Source: Candidatus Latescibacterota bacterium | Lineage (GTDB): Bacteria > Latescibacterota > UBA2968 > UBA8231 | Reading direction: 5' to 3' | Assembly (NCBI GenBank): GCA_965203175.1 | Contig: OZ241867.1 | Location: 2,016,001 to 2,080,000 of the forward strand | Length of the DNA: 64,000 bases | Shown: piece by piece, positions 29,660 to 40,017 of the stretch | Layout: each line of letters opens with the position of its first letter | Numbering within the stretch: the first letter of the stretch is position 1 | Position numbers and translations under genes: made by a program | The notes under the pieces: generated by a model | The model's database searches: none | What the model was told of the DNA's origin: nothing | Seen by the model: the letters and a program-made list of their open reading frames with translations, nothing else

Positions 29660-30631
29660 ATGGATTTGACGGATCTAGGAACACTAGATAGCGTTGATCT
29701 TCGAGAGGTATGGCAGAATGAAGCCGCGGATTTCACACCGTGGCTGGCGGATAACTTGGACTCGCTGGGTGATGCGCTCCAGATGGAGATCGATACTGAG
29801 GATGTGGACACCGAGGTGTCAGTCGGTAAGTACTCGGCTGACATACTGTGTCGAGATTCAAGTGACAATTCACGGATTGTAATAGAGAACCAATTCGACA
29901 GTACCGATCACGACCATCTCGGCAAGTTGCTCACTTACGCGTCTGGGTTGGATTCCGATCCTCCGGTAAGCTCAGTCATCTGGATCTCAGAATCGTTCAA
30001 CGATGAACATCGTTCGACTTTGGATTGGTTGAACAGAATTTCGCATGACGAGATTCGCTTTTTCGGCGTCACGATTGAGCTTCTGAAAATCGAGGGATCC
30101 AAACCTGCCCCGCGCTTCAATATTGTCGCCAGTCCCAATGATTGGACAACAGCAGTGAGGGCATCGAGCAGTGGTGAGGTGTCCGATCTTAAACGGCAAT
30201 ATTATCAGTTTTGGACCGCTTTAATTGAGCACCTGCCAAGTTCTGCGCCTAGGCTGAAGTCACCGAACCCGCTCCCAAGATCGTATTTTAACCTCGCTAT
30301 TGGTAAGGCTGGGTTCGCGTTACAATGCAGGCTGAGTCAACAAAAAAAGCAATTACATGTTACCCTAGAAATAAAAGGGGGGAACCCTTACTACCACTTC
30401 GATCTCCTAAAGCAGCAAAAATCTGCTATTGAAGAAAAGATAGGTAGTCCACTAGAATGGCAAGGGAAGACTAAAGGTCGAGCATACAAAATTTCACTGA
30501 TCAAATCTGGCAACCCGACAGATGAATCTGATAGGGAAAATCAGATCAAATGGATGGCGCAAACGCTGAATAAGTTCGACAACACATTCCGTGATCGTGT
30601 CCAGAATCTGACTACAGAATCCTCTCAGTAA
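29660..30631 (+). CDS. DUF4268-domain protein with an N-terminal PD-(D/E)XK-like nuclease
   Basis: LREVWQNEAADFTPWL, ADILC..VIENQ, DHDHLGKLLTYA, QFW. Confidence 0.85.
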   Translation: MDLTDLGTLDSVDLREVWQNEAADFTPWLADNLDSLGDALQMEIDTEDVDTEVSVGKYSADILCRDSSDNSRIVIENQFDSTDHDHLGKLLTYASGLDSDPPVSSVIWISESFNDEHRSTLDWLNRISHDEIRFFGVTIELLKIEGSKPAPRFNIVASPNDWTTAVRASSSGEVSDLKRQYYQFWTALIEHLPSSAPRLKSPNPLPRSYFNLAIGKAGFALQCRLSQQKKQLHVTLEIKGGNPYYHFDLLKQQKSAIEEKIGSPLEWQGKTKGRAYKISLIKSGNPTDESDRENQIKWMAQTLNKFDNTFRDRVQNLTTESSQ

Positions 30632-30717
30632 AGCATACCTCCGCGCTTGCTGCCCCCATCTGTAAAACCATACATTAATCCGACTCCAACTAGCCCCCCA
30701 ACGAAAGGACAATTCCC

Positions 30718-31572
30718 ATGAGCGGCCTCACCTCCGACCAACTCGACTTCTATCGCACCGAAGGCTACCTCCTCGTCGAGGATGTCATCGACCCTTCTGT
30801 ATTCGACCGCCTTATTGCCGAAATCAATGCCATCGTCGATACTGCTGCCCAGGAGGCTTACGCTGCTGGTGAACTGGCCGAGCTACACGCGGACCTGCCC
30901 TTTGCCAAGCGCCTGGTCCACATACACTCCCAATTGGCCGACCCTGAACCGCTGTTGCGCCAAGTCAACGGCAAGCTCAAAACCGAGGGCATGTTCGCCA
31001 TTTTGACCCAACCGGCGCTGCTCGACATTGTCGAATCCGTGATCGGCCCTGAGATACTGGCTCATCCGCAATTCAATCTGCGCGCCAAATTGCCCAATCA
31101 AGACGCTACCGTGGTACCTTGGCATCAAGACTTGGGCTATTTACAGCCCGACGCGGAAGAGACCTTCATGGTCAATTTTTGGATTCCCTTGGTCAATGCC
31201 ACTCTTGAAAATGGCTGTATGGAGGTCATTGCTAGCAGCCATCGCGCTCCGCTCATCGGCCACGAGCACGGCTTGGGCCCTGGTGCCAATTTCAAAGGCA
31301 TCACCGATCAGTACCTGCCCCCCGGCGAGCAAGTTAGTTGTCCGGTCAAAGTCGGCGGCGTGCTGCTCATCCAGCACAAGACTATCCACCGCTCCATTCC
31401 CAACCTCTCCGATCACGTTCGCTGGAGCCTCGATCTGCGTTACAGTGACCCGGCGCAGCCCAGCGGTCGCGACGGCGTCCCCGGCTTTATTGCCCGCAGC
31501 CAAGCGCACCCCGAGTCGGTGGCCCGAAGCGTGGACGATTGGTTGGCGTTGTTCGAGACCGCTGCTCCATAA
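30718..31572 (+). CDS. PhyH-family dioxygenase
   Basis: PWHQD, WIPL, NGCM, HRS..N..RWSLDLRY. Confidence 0.92.
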   Translation: MSGLTSDQLDFYRTEGYLLVEDVIDPSVFDRLIAEINAIVDTAAQEAYAAGELAELHADLPFAKRLVHIHSQLADPEPLLRQVNGKLKTEGMFAILTQPALLDIVESVIGPEILAHPQFNLRAKLPNQDATVVPWHQDLGYLQPDAEETFMVNFWIPLVNATLENGCMEVIASSHRAPLIGHEHGLGPGANFKGITDQYLPPGEQVSCPVKVGGVLLIQHKTIHRSIPNLSDHVRWSLDLRYSDPAQPSGRDGVPGFIARSQAHPESVARSVDDWLALFETAAP

Positions 31573-31678
31573 CTGAAACATTTACCTCTTCTCGGTACTT
31601 TTCGTGGTTCGGTACATCTAGCTCGTTGGTTAGTGTCAGGAGACCGCATATTCCCCAAACACTTTTTCGGAGATTACC

Positions 31679-32818
31679 ATGCTCTACGATCTGATCCTCA
31701 AAGGCGGCACCCTAGTTGATCCAGCCCAGAAGTTGCACGCAGTGCAGGACGTAGCTTTTGCCGATGGCAAAGTCGCTGCGGTCGGGGCCGACCTGTCCGC
31801 GGACCAAGCGCGCCAAACGCTCGATGTCGCGGGCTATGTAGTGGCCCCTGGCCTCATCGACTTGCACGTCCATGTGTATTGGGGGGTCAGCCACTTCGGC
31901 GTCGAGCCTGATCCCACCTGTATAGCCCGAGGCGTCACCACCGTAGTCGATGCTGGTTCGGCTGGTGCCGATACCTTCCCCGGCTTCCGCAAATTCATCA
32001 TCGACGTCAGTGACACCCGCATCTTGGCCCAGCTCAATATCTCCTCGCAGGGCATGTTGACGCAGGAAATCGGCGAGTTTGAGATCCCGGAGTACGCGGA
32101 CGTGGATAAAGCCTGCCGCATGATCGAACAACACCGCGACCTCATCTTGGGCGTCAAGGTGCGGCTCACCCGCAACAGCATCGTCAGCGAGCGCTCGGGA
32201 ATGCTGCCCCTACACCGGGCCCGCGAGGCCGCGGATGCCGCCGGTCTGCCCATTATGGTCCACCCGCAAGACGCTTGGTGCGACAGCCTCGATGATGTGC
32301 TGGCCGTTATGAAACAGGGCGACATCCTCACCCATTGCTTCCACGGTATGAAGTGCGGGGTCCTCGACGAGGCCAGTCAAGTGCGCCCTGCGGTACACGA
32401 GGCCGTGGAGCGCGGTGTGCTCTTTGACGTGGGGCACGGCGCTGGTTCTTTCTCTTGGGAGGTGGCCGAGACCGCTCTGAGTGCCGGCCTTGCGCCGCAT
32501 ACTATCTCCTCAGATTTGCACGTGTACAACCTCCACGGGCCGGTATATGACTTAGTCAATGTCGTGTCTAAATTCTTCCACTTGGGCATGGACTTGGACA
32601 CCGCGCTGGCTAAAGTCACCTCAGTGCCGGCCCAAGTTATTGGGATGCCGGACGAGATCGGCACCCTAGCAGTAGGTGCTTGGGGCGACGCCGTAGTACT
32701 CGATGTGCGCCAGGGGCAGTTCCAGTTGGCCGATTCGGGCGGGGAGGTGCGCACGGGCCAACAGCAATTGGAACCGCTTGTTGTGGTCAAGGGCGGTCGA
32801 GTTTATCGCCGGTATTGA
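31679..32818 (+). CDS. Amidohydrolase/deacetylase-family metallohydrolase (dihydroorotase-like)
   Basis: PGLIDLHVH, DAGSAG, THCFHG, DVGHGAGSF, ISSDLH. Confidence 0.9.
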   Translation: MLYDLILKGGTLVDPAQKLHAVQDVAFADGKVAAVGADLSADQARQTLDVAGYVVAPGLIDLHVHVYWGVSHFGVEPDPTCIARGVTTVVDAGSAGADTFPGFRKFIIDVSDTRILAQLNISSQGMLTQEIGEFEIPEYADVDKACRMIEQHRDLILGVKVRLTRNSIVSERSGMLPLHRAREAADAAGLPIMVHPQDAWCDSLDDVLAVMKQGDILTHCFHGMKCGVLDEASQVRPAVHEAVERGVLFDVGHGAGSFSWEVAETALSAGLAPHTISSDLHVYNLHGPVYDLVNVVSKFFHLGMDLDTALAKVTSVPAQVIGMPDEIGTLAVGAWGDAVVLDVRQGQFQLADSGGEVRTGQQQLEPLVVVKGGRVYRRY

Positions 32819-32839
32819 GACCCAACCTAGGAGAGGCTT

Positions 32840-33583
32840 GTGAGTTCATCTGAAAATCAGTATGACGTGATCGCCGAAGCCTATCAAGATTCAAAGCAAT
32901 TGCCCTTTCGGAAATACATCGAAGCGTATTCTCTTTTCGAAATCTTGGGCGATATTCGCGGGACGACGGTTTTAGACTTGGCTTGTGGTGATGGGTTTTA
33001 CACGCGCAAAGTCAAGCAAGCCGGGGCACTGGAGGTCACCGGCGTCGATCTCTCCGCAGAGATGATCAAGTTGGCCGAAGACGAAGAACGCGCCCGCCCC
33101 TTGGGCTGTAAGTACTTGCACCGCGATGTGGCCGCGCTCGAGTTGTCTGAACCGGTTGATCTCGTGGTGGCCATGTACCTTTTGAATTACGCCAAGACGA
33201 AAGAGGAACTGCTCAGGTTTGTCGAGGTGGCTTACAACATGCTGCGGCCTGGGGGGCGATTCGTTGGCTTCAACGACAATGTTCAGTGCGTTGCCAAGGG
33301 AACTGTTTCCCTGGCTCAATACGGATTGGAAAAAGTGTGCGCCGATGACCCGCGAGAAGGCGATGTCGTTTTGTACAAATTGACCAATGAAGATGGGACG
33401 CAGTTTGAGTTTAAAAATTACTTTCTCAAACCAGAGACCTATCAGTGGGCCTTTCAAAAAGCTGGATTTGCCGATTTTCAATGGGTCGGTCCTTATTTGC
33501 ACCCGTCCCAGCAGCACAATCCATTTTGGGACGCCTTTATGTCTCATCCCCCAGTCATTGGCTTTAGCGCGGCGAAATCGTGA
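32840..33583 (+). CDS. Class I SAM-dependent methyltransferase
   Basis: VLDLACGDG, GVDLS, LRPGGRF. Confidence 0.9.
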   Translation: MSSSENQYDVIAEAYQDSKQLPFRKYIEAYSLFEILGDIRGTTVLDLACGDGFYTRKVKQAGALEVTGVDLSAEMIKLAEDEERARPLGCKYLHRDVAALELSEPVDLVVAMYLLNYAKTKEELLRFVEVAYNMLRPGGRFVGFNDNVQCVAKGTVSLAQYGLEKVCADDPREGDVVLYKLTNEDGTQFEFKNYFLKPETYQWAFQKAGFADFQWVGPYLHPSQQHNPFWDAFMSHPPVIGFSAAKS

Positions 33584-33615
33584 ACGATGAGTTACACCAG
33601 CGAGGAGTACGGATC

Positions 33616-36402
33616 ATGAACGCGAGATACGCATTTTTGCTAGCCCTCGTCTGTACTATGGGAGCGTTCGCAGAAGAGGAGGCGGACGAACGGAAGATAT
33701 ACGAAGTCGAAGAGATCACGGTGACCGGCTCCCGCATCAAAAGCGCGGAGACGCTCGCGCCAGCGCCGATTGTCGTCATGTCAGCCGAGGAAATCAGGGC
33801 GCAGGGCTTGGCCTCTCTTGGGGACGTGTTGCAAACGCTCACTGTGCAGTCCAATGCGATCAACACCCAAGCCAACAATGGCGGCGATGGCTCTACCCGC
33901 GTCAGTCTGCGCGGCCTCGGTTCCAATCGCACTCTGGTGTTGGTCAATGGCCGTCGCTTCGTGTCGGGCGGGACGGGTGCGAATTCATCCGTTGACCTAA
34001 ATGCCATTCCCGCCGCCGTCATCGAGCGCATTGAGGTGCTCAAAGACGGGGCCTCGGCCGTCTATGGCTCGGACGCCATCGGCGGCGTGGTCAACATCAT
34101 TACCAAGACCGCGATAGAGGGAATAGAGATCGACTATTACACGGGGACTTCGGGCGCGGGCGACGGCGAAGTTTTGGACCTCAGTGTAACTACCGGCCTA
34201 CAAAGCGAAAAAGGCCATATCGCTTTTTCGGCCGGCTACCACAACCGGCGGCCGGTTTGGACCGGCGATCGCAGCTTCAGTGAGTCGGACAAGGCCTACG
34301 ACTGGGAAAAGAACGACGGATCCTATAACAAAAACGGCAGTTCGGCTACCCCGGAAGGCCACATCATCGACCGCTCGGGTGACGAGGGGAACGAAGCTTG
34401 GCAGGCGGTCGTGGAGGCAGCCGGCGACGAGGCCGGGGATTACCACCGCGATCCGGATATTGGCTGGCGTCCCTTCAATTGGGCGGGGATCTCATCCGAC
34501 GGGAGCGGTGATACGTACAACTACCAGCCGGAAAATTACCTCTACACACCGCAGACGCGCTACAGCTCCTTTCTCAGCGGTTCCCATACCGTCGCTGAGG
34601 ATGCGAAGGCGTATTTCGAGGTGGTGTACACCAACCGCCAGTCCGACCAGAAGCTAGCGCCAACGCCGCTGTTTATCATCAGCGACGGGATCGTGGTGTC
34701 GGCCACCAATCGGTACAACGAATTCGGCCGCGATTTTATCGATGTGCGCCGGCGCTTTGTCGAGGCGGGGAATCGCAACTTCCTCCAGGATATCGATACC
34801 TACCGCATGGTGTTGGGGTTGGATCATCGGCTCGGAAGCTTTGACTCTGACTTGTCTTTTACCTACGGCCGCAGTGAGGGTACCAATGTCAACGAGGGCC
34901 GGTTCATTCTCAATCACGTAAAAAATGCCCTCGGGCCGGACGAGGATTGCACCGGCGACTGCGTCCCGCTGGACCTCCTCCACGGCGCCGGCACCATCAC
35001 CCAACCGATGGTAGATTACATCCAGTACACTGGCGTTGGCCGAGGCTATTCCCGGCAGCAAATTCTACAGTGGAACCTGACCGGTGAGGTAGCGCGTCTG
35101 CCTGCCGGTCCGCTGGCAGTGGCAGCCGGTCTCTCGTCGCGCTGGGAGGCGGGGGCTTACCTCCCCGATCCCATGACTGCATCGGGAAATACCACTGGCA
35201 GCAAAGCGTTCCCGACCGAGGGCTCGTACTCGGTCAGGGCGCTGTACGCAGAAACCCAACTGCCGATCTACGAAGCAGGGGCTGTCAGCCTCGATGCAAC
35301 GGCTGCCGGACGCGCCTTCGACTACGACACCTTCGGCGGGGGTTTCACCTATGAAGCTGGAAGCCGTCTCCAGCTTTCCGAGGGCCTAGCTTTCCGGGCC
35401 ACTTCCTCTAACGCCTTTCGCGCCCCCAGTATCGCCGAAATGTTCCTCGGCACCAGCGATTCTTTTCCCTTGGTCAGCGATCCCTGTAGCAGGGTGGACG
35501 AAGCGGGCAATGCCCGGGAGTTGACCGCTCAGCAGGAGCGGAATTGCGCCGACCAAGGCATCCCGGACGATTTCGAGGACTCGCGCGCTCAGCTATTGGC
35601 AAAGTTGGGTGGCTCTACGGATCTCGATCCGGAAAAGGCCGCGATGATCACTGCGGGCGTGGTGTACCAGCCGGATTTCTTGGGGGGATTAGACCTGACC
35701 GTTGACTACTATACCACCAAGATCGAGGATGAGATCGGCACCCTGCCAGCTAGCCTCATTCTGAGCAACTGCTACTCGCAGGACGTGCCATCCGACTGCG
35801 ATCAAGTCGTGCGCGATCCGGACAACCACCTGATCACCCAGATTCTGGCGACCAATACCAATATCGGGGAGACTGAAACTAGTGGTGTGGATTTCGGACT
35901 TAACTACATTGCAGATGCGCCCATTGGTGTTATCTCGGCACAGTTCGAGAGCAACATGCTCGTTAAGTACGAGCAAACGCTGCCCTCAGCCAGCGGTCCT
36001 GAGCTGGTCAAGGGCTTGGGTTACTACGACTTGGGCGTGTTTCCCGAGTGGCGTCATACCGCTTCCGTTGGCGTGGCAAAGGAGCGTTTTTCCGCTGGGT
36101 TGACGTGGCGCTACATTGGCGGATTTGAGGAGTGCGAGGACGACGACTGCAAGGGCAAGTACCGCGCGGATGTAGAAGAAGTGCCGCCGAGCCGCAAGAT
36201 TGATCCGAACAGTGTCTTCAATGTGCGTGGATCGTACGAACTGGGAACGGCTCTTGGACTCTCCACCCTGACCGTCGGCATCAACAATCTACTCGATCAG
36301 CCGCCGGCGGTGATCTTCAATGGGTTCCTCGGCACTTCTGATTCAAGCACTTATGACTTTATGGGCCGCTACCTATACGTGCGCCTGTCCCATTCTCGGT
36401 AG
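33616..36402 (+). CDS. TonB-dependent receptor
   Basis: Signal peptide, TonB box EEITVTGSRI, plug LRGLG..RTLVLVNGRR, IEVLKDGASAVYGSDAIGGVVNIIT, C-terminal GRYLY. Confidence 0.95.
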   Translation: MNARYAFLLALVCTMGAFAEEEADERKIYEVEEITVTGSRIKSAETLAPAPIVVMSAEEIRAQGLASLGDVLQTLTVQSNAINTQANNGGDGSTRVSLRGLGSNRTLVLVNGRRFVSGGTGANSSVDLNAIPAAVIERIEVLKDGASAVYGSDAIGGVVNIITKTAIEGIEIDYYTGTSGAGDGEVLDLSVTTGLQSEKGHIAFSAGYHNRRPVWTGDRSFSESDKAYDWEKNDGSYNKNGSSATPEGHIIDRSGDEGNEAWQAVVEAAGDEAGDYHRDPDIGWRPFNWAGISSDGSGDTYNYQPENYLYTPQTRYSSFLSGSHTVAEDAKAYFEVVYTNRQSDQKLAPTPLFIISDGIVVSATNRYNEFGRDFIDVRRRFVEAGNRNFLQDIDTYRMVLGLDHRLGSFDSDLSFTYGRSEGTNVNEGRFILNHVKNALGPDEDCTGDCVPLDLLHGAGTITQPMVDYIQYTGVGRGYSRQQILQWNLTGEVARLPAGPLAVAAGLSSRWEAGAYLPDPMTASGNTTGSKAFPTEGSYSVRALYAETQLPIYEAGAVSLDATAAGRAFDYDTFGGGFTYEAGSRLQLSEGLAFRATSSNAFRAPSIAEMFLGTSDSFPLVSDPCSRVDEAGNARELTAQQERNCADQGIPDDFEDSRAQLLAKLGGSTDLDPEKAAMITAGVVYQPDFLGGLDLTVDYYTTKIEDEIGTLPASLILSNCYSQDVPSDCDQVVRDPDNHLITQILATNTNIGETETSGVDFGLNYIADAPIGVISAQFESNMLVKYEQTLPSASGPELVKGLGYYDLGVFPEWRHTASVGVAKERFSAGLTWRYIGGFEECEDDDCKGKYRADVEEVPPSRKIDPNSVFNVRGSYELGTALGLSTLTVGINNLLDQPPAVIFNGFLGTSDSSTYDFMGRYLYVRLSHSR

Positions 36403-36430
36403 GGTCACTTATTGCGTTGGCCCTACCGAG
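36395..36430. terminator. Hairpin between the convergent receptor genes
   Basis: CTCGGTAGGG...CCCTACCGAG 10-bp stem; no clear U-tract. Confidence 0.6.
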
Positions 36431-36454
36431 ACGGGGCAAGTGGACTGCTGACCG

Positions 36455-39106
36455 CTAATAATCGTACGTCAATGAAATATTCCAGCGGCGTCCCAACCCG
36501 AGGAATACGCGAGCGCTTGCGGCGTCGTGGCCATCGCCATCATCGGCATCGGACACGTAGCTTTCGTCGAGCAAATTGAAGACGTGCAATCGCAGCTTCA
36601 TATTGCTGAACGAAGCGCCGGGCAGCGTGTAACTCGCGTGTAGATCCATCAGATTGTAATCTGGGAGTTTCCAAGACTGTGCTCGGTCGTCGGGGTCGGT
36701 TCGGTTGGCGGGATCAAATTTGGCGTAGTGATCCATGAACCGCCGCACACCTAGCGAGGCGTAGAGGCCGCGCGTGGGAAATACCGCACCGCTCAGGCGC
36801 AGGGTCTTTTGCGCTGCGTCGCCCACCTTTAGCCCTTTGGCATAGACTTGAAATTCGCCGATCGTCTCTGGATCCTCTTCGGGTGAAAATGTCACATCGA
36901 CATCGTTGAGCCATTCCCAATTGCCCAGCGACACCATGCCGCGCACCTCAAATTTGTCATGGGGACGCGCCTTCAGGTCTAGCTCTACGCCGGTATGCAG
37001 CGCGTCAATGCCGTTTAGCAGAAATCGCAAGCGCTGGTCGAGCTTTTCGCTGTAAATACTCTTGGGCCACGAGCGGTCTATCCACTTGGTGTAATAAAAG
37101 TTTGCGTTGCCGGTAAACATGCCGCGTTTGAAATAACCGGCACCCAGTTCAAAAGAGGCGACTTTTTCATTGAACGTGGGATCGTACAGGCTGTTGTCGT
37201 AGTGGTAAACCGAGTCGAATTTGGGCGCGGTCGAGAGCCAGCCCATGTTGGCATACACATTGACTGTGGGAGTGGCGTTGTAGTTGCCGCCCACTTTCAT
37301 GGTGTAGCCGGAGAAGTTTTCCCAGGCTGTCTGGTCCCAGTCACCATCGACCTTGGCGCGGAAATAGTCGATGCGCTTATAACCAGTCACCGATCCCGAG
37401 GTGCTCAAAAAGGCCGAGAATTTGTCAAACTGCCCTTCGAGCTGTGCAAAGCCGCCCCCCCAGCGCGTAAGGCCATCGTTGTGGTAGGAGACTTTGTCGC
37501 CGAGTCGCTTGACGACGGTCGTGGCATTGTTGTCCCATTCAAAGACGTAGTAGTCGGCTCCGAGCAGATTGCGCACTTCGCGCCAGTGCTGCCCTTTGTA
37601 ATAGCGCAAATCTGTGCCAAAGGTCAGCTTGTAGATGTCGCTCAAATGGTATTCGGCCGTGCCCAAATATCCATACCAAAAGTGCTGATTGACCGAGTTG
37701 CGGATAATGGTCTGTGCTGCGATTTCGTCGGCACCCACTGCGCCGGCAGCTACCAATGCGGAATCGGCTTGGGTATTCAACTCATCAGCAACGCGTTGCC
37801 AGTTGATGGTGCCATCGTCGAGTGTGCCCGGATTGGCGCCCAAACGCCCGGTGCCGCCGCCTTTCCCGCGCGAGAAGTAGAATACATTGGACAACATGAA
37901 TTGCGCGCTGGGGGTCCAGTACCAGTTCAAATTGGCCTGGGGTTTGTGGTAAAAATTTTCGCGCTCCATGATGATTGCGCTGTCGCGCGCATCGTGGACG
38001 CTGCCGTTGTAATACTCTTGATAGGACGAAAAGGGCGAGCGTCCCCAGTTGGGATTGTAATCGACGCCGTAGTTTTTTGCGTCTGTAACGTCAATGCCCA
38101 ATGAGCGGGCGTAATCGGCGTCAAAGGTTGCAATGGACTGCTTGTAAAGACGGTGCCCGTGGCGCTGCGGTGCGCCGGTGACGAACAGATCGATTTTGTG
38201 CGTGTCGGATGCCAAAAAGCTCAACGCACCAAAGTAGGCCCACGCCGAGGACCACGCCTGAGCGGGCAGGCCCTCGCTGCTCTTGCGCGTCATGCCCACG
38301 GTGAAAGCCGTTTTTTTGTCGATCAAACCCGAGGAAAAATTGAGCGTGGTTTTGTAAAAGGCGTTATTCCCAGCCTCCTGTTTGAGTTTGAATCCGCGCC
38401 GCTGACTGGCGATATCGGTGATGATGTTCATGGTGCCACCCACCGAGGCAATCGCCAGATTGGAAGCTCCCAATCCGCGCTGTACTTGGATTGACGACGT
38501 GACATCACTCAGCCCATCCCAGTTGGACCAATAGACCCAGCCGTTTTCCATATCGTTGACGGGTACGCCGTTGATCATAACGGCGACATTGCGCTGGTCA
38601 AAGCCGCGCACATTGATGCGGGAGTCGCCGGCCCCTCCGCCTTGCGCGGTTGCATACACGCCCGGCGTATCATTTAAAATCAGCGGCAGATCGCGCGAGC
38701 CGAGTTTGCGCTGCATGTCGGCTTTGGGCACATCGGAGAAGGCGACGGGTGTTTCGCGCATTTTAGCCCGGTCGGCGACGATGATGATTTCTTTGCCGCG
38801 AAATACCTCGGGCATGAGTTCGACAAACAACTCGACCGCATCCGCTTCTACGACAACGGGGCTGCGGTGTTCTTTGTATCCGATAAAGCTTACGACGAGC
38901 GTGTGGCTGCCGGCACCGACATTGGCGATGGCAAATTGTCCGTCGAGGTCTGTAGAGGCTCCGCGCTCGACGCCTTCTATATATACGTTGGCACCCGGCA
39001 GTGACTCGCCGGTTTCGGCATCGCGCACGGTGCCTTTTAATTCGGCGGCAGACAGAGCTGAATGGGCGAGGAGCAGCAAGGAAAAAAGCGTGATCATTGG
39101 CTTCAT
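36455..39106 (-). CDS. TonB-dependent receptor with an N-terminal carboxypeptidase-regulatory-like domain
   Basis: GTVRDAETGESLPGANV, SFIGY, RGFDQRNVAVMINGVPVND, terminal YDY. Confidence 0.93.
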   Translation of the reverse strand: MKPMITLFSLLLLAHSALSAAELKGTVRDAETGESLPGANVYIEGVERGASTDLDGQFAIANVGAGSHTLVVSFIGYKEHRSPVVVEADAVELFVELMPEVFRGKEIIIVADRAKMRETPVAFSDVPKADMQRKLGSRDLPLILNDTPGVYATAQGGGAGDSRINVRGFDQRNVAVMINGVPVNDMENGWVYWSNWDGLSDVTSSIQVQRGLGASNLAIASVGGTMNIITDIASQRRGFKLKQEAGNNAFYKTTLNFSSGLIDKKTAFTVGMTRKSSEGLPAQAWSSAWAYFGALSFLASDTHKIDLFVTGAPQRHGHRLYKQSIATFDADYARSLGIDVTDAKNYGVDYNPNWGRSPFSSYQEYYNGSVHDARDSAIIMERENFYHKPQANLNWYWTPSAQFMLSNVFYFSRGKGGGTGRLGANPGTLDDGTINWQRVADELNTQADSALVAAGAVGADEIAAQTIIRNSVNQHFWYGYLGTAEYHLSDIYKLTFGTDLRYYKGQHWREVRNLLGADYYVFEWDNNATTVVKRLGDKVSYHNDGLTRWGGGFAQLEGQFDKFSAFLSTSGSVTGYKRIDYFRAKVDGDWDQTAWENFSGYTMKVGGNYNATPTVNVYANMGWLSTAPKFDSVYHYDNSLYDPTFNEKVASFELGAGYFKRGMFTGNANFYYTKWIDRSWPKSIYSEKLDQRLRFLLNGIDALHTGVELDLKARPHDKFEVRGMVSLGNWEWLNDVDVTFSPEEDPETIGEFQVYAKGLKVGDAAQKTLRLSGAVFPTRGLYASLGVRRFMDHYAKFDPANRTDPDDRAQSWKLPDYNLMDLHASYTLPGASFSNMKLRLHVFNLLDESYVSDADDGDGHDAASARVFLGLGRRWNISLTYDY

Positions 39107-39294
39107 GGGACACCTCCGTGGGGGAATGGGGACGCAGCAGTGCCGTTATGTTTATATCATTTTTATATAAAATTTAATTAAAACATATTTAATCTAATGA
39201 ATCGCGGATGCTCCGTCAAGTTCCGTCGCCGTTGGGGGTAGAGAGGGGAGTGGGATGCTGCCCGACCCTTAATTGACTCCTAGTTCACTTGCTG

Positions 39295-39323
39295 TTGACA
39301 TGTGTACCGGCACACGGTACGTT
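39295..39323 (+). promoter_or_regulatory. higBA promoter with overlapping operator; probably leaderless mRNA
   Basis: TTGACA-N17-TACGTT, inverted repeat GTACCG-gcaca-CGGTAC, ATG 5 nt after the -10. Confidence 0.7.
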
Positions 39324-39328
39324 TTTTT

Positions 39329-39607
39329 ATGATTCGGACGCTTCGACATCGCGGCCTCAAGCGGTTGTACGAGCACGGAGATCCCAGCAAAGTACGTGCT
39401 GATCAAACGGAACGGATCGCACTCGCTTTGGCGGACCTCGACGACGCTAGCAAGCCGTCGGACCTCGATTTACCAAGGTATAGGCTTCACCCGCTGAAGG
39501 GTGATTTGAAAGGATTTTGGAGCATCTCGATTTCCGCTCACTGGCGAATCATCTTCCGCTTTGAGGAGGGTGATGCGTACGACGTCGACTTGATCGATTA
39601 TCACTAG
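39329..39607 (+). CDS. higB: HigB (RelE/ParE-family) toxin
   Basis: HRGLKRLY, LHPLKGDLKGFWSISISAHWRIIFRF, DYH terminus. Confidence 0.93.
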   Translation: MIRTLRHRGLKRLYEHGDPSKVRADQTERIALALADLDDASKPSDLDLPRYRLHPLKGDLKGFWSISISAHWRIIFRFEEGDAYDVDLIDYH

Positions 39608-39622
39608 TAAGAGGCATAAATT

Positions 39623-39916
39623 ATGGCTATGAAGAATCCCCCGCATCCTGGTTATAGCATCAAGGAGAATTGCCTAGATCCGCTCGGTCTGAACGTCACC
39701 GAGGCAGCGAAGGTATTGGGCGTGGCCCGTCACACGCTTTCGCGCGTACTGAATGGACATGCAGGCATTTCGCCGGAGATGGCCATTCGGCTGGAGAAGG
39801 CGGGCTGGTCTAACGCCGAATTCTGGCTGCGTCGGCAGACCTCGTACGATCTGGCGCAAGCGCGCAGGGGCGAAGACCAGATCAAGGTCGAGCGTTATCA
39901 GCCGCAGGTAGCCTGA
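39623..39916 (+). CDS. higA: HigA antitoxin
   Basis: [28 protein letters not shown]. Confidence 0.93.
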   Translation: MAMKNPPHPGYSIKENCLDPLGLNVTEAAKVLGVARHTLSRVLNGHAGISPEMAIRLEKAGWSNAEFWLRRQTSYDLAQARRGEDQIKVERYQPQVA

Positions 39917-40017
39917 AGCGACGATCCGAGAATATTTTATTCTCGCCCACAATCCAAACGGTCAATTCGCAGCAAAGTAGACCTGCGAATGTGCTACGAC
40001 CACACCCACTAATCCCT

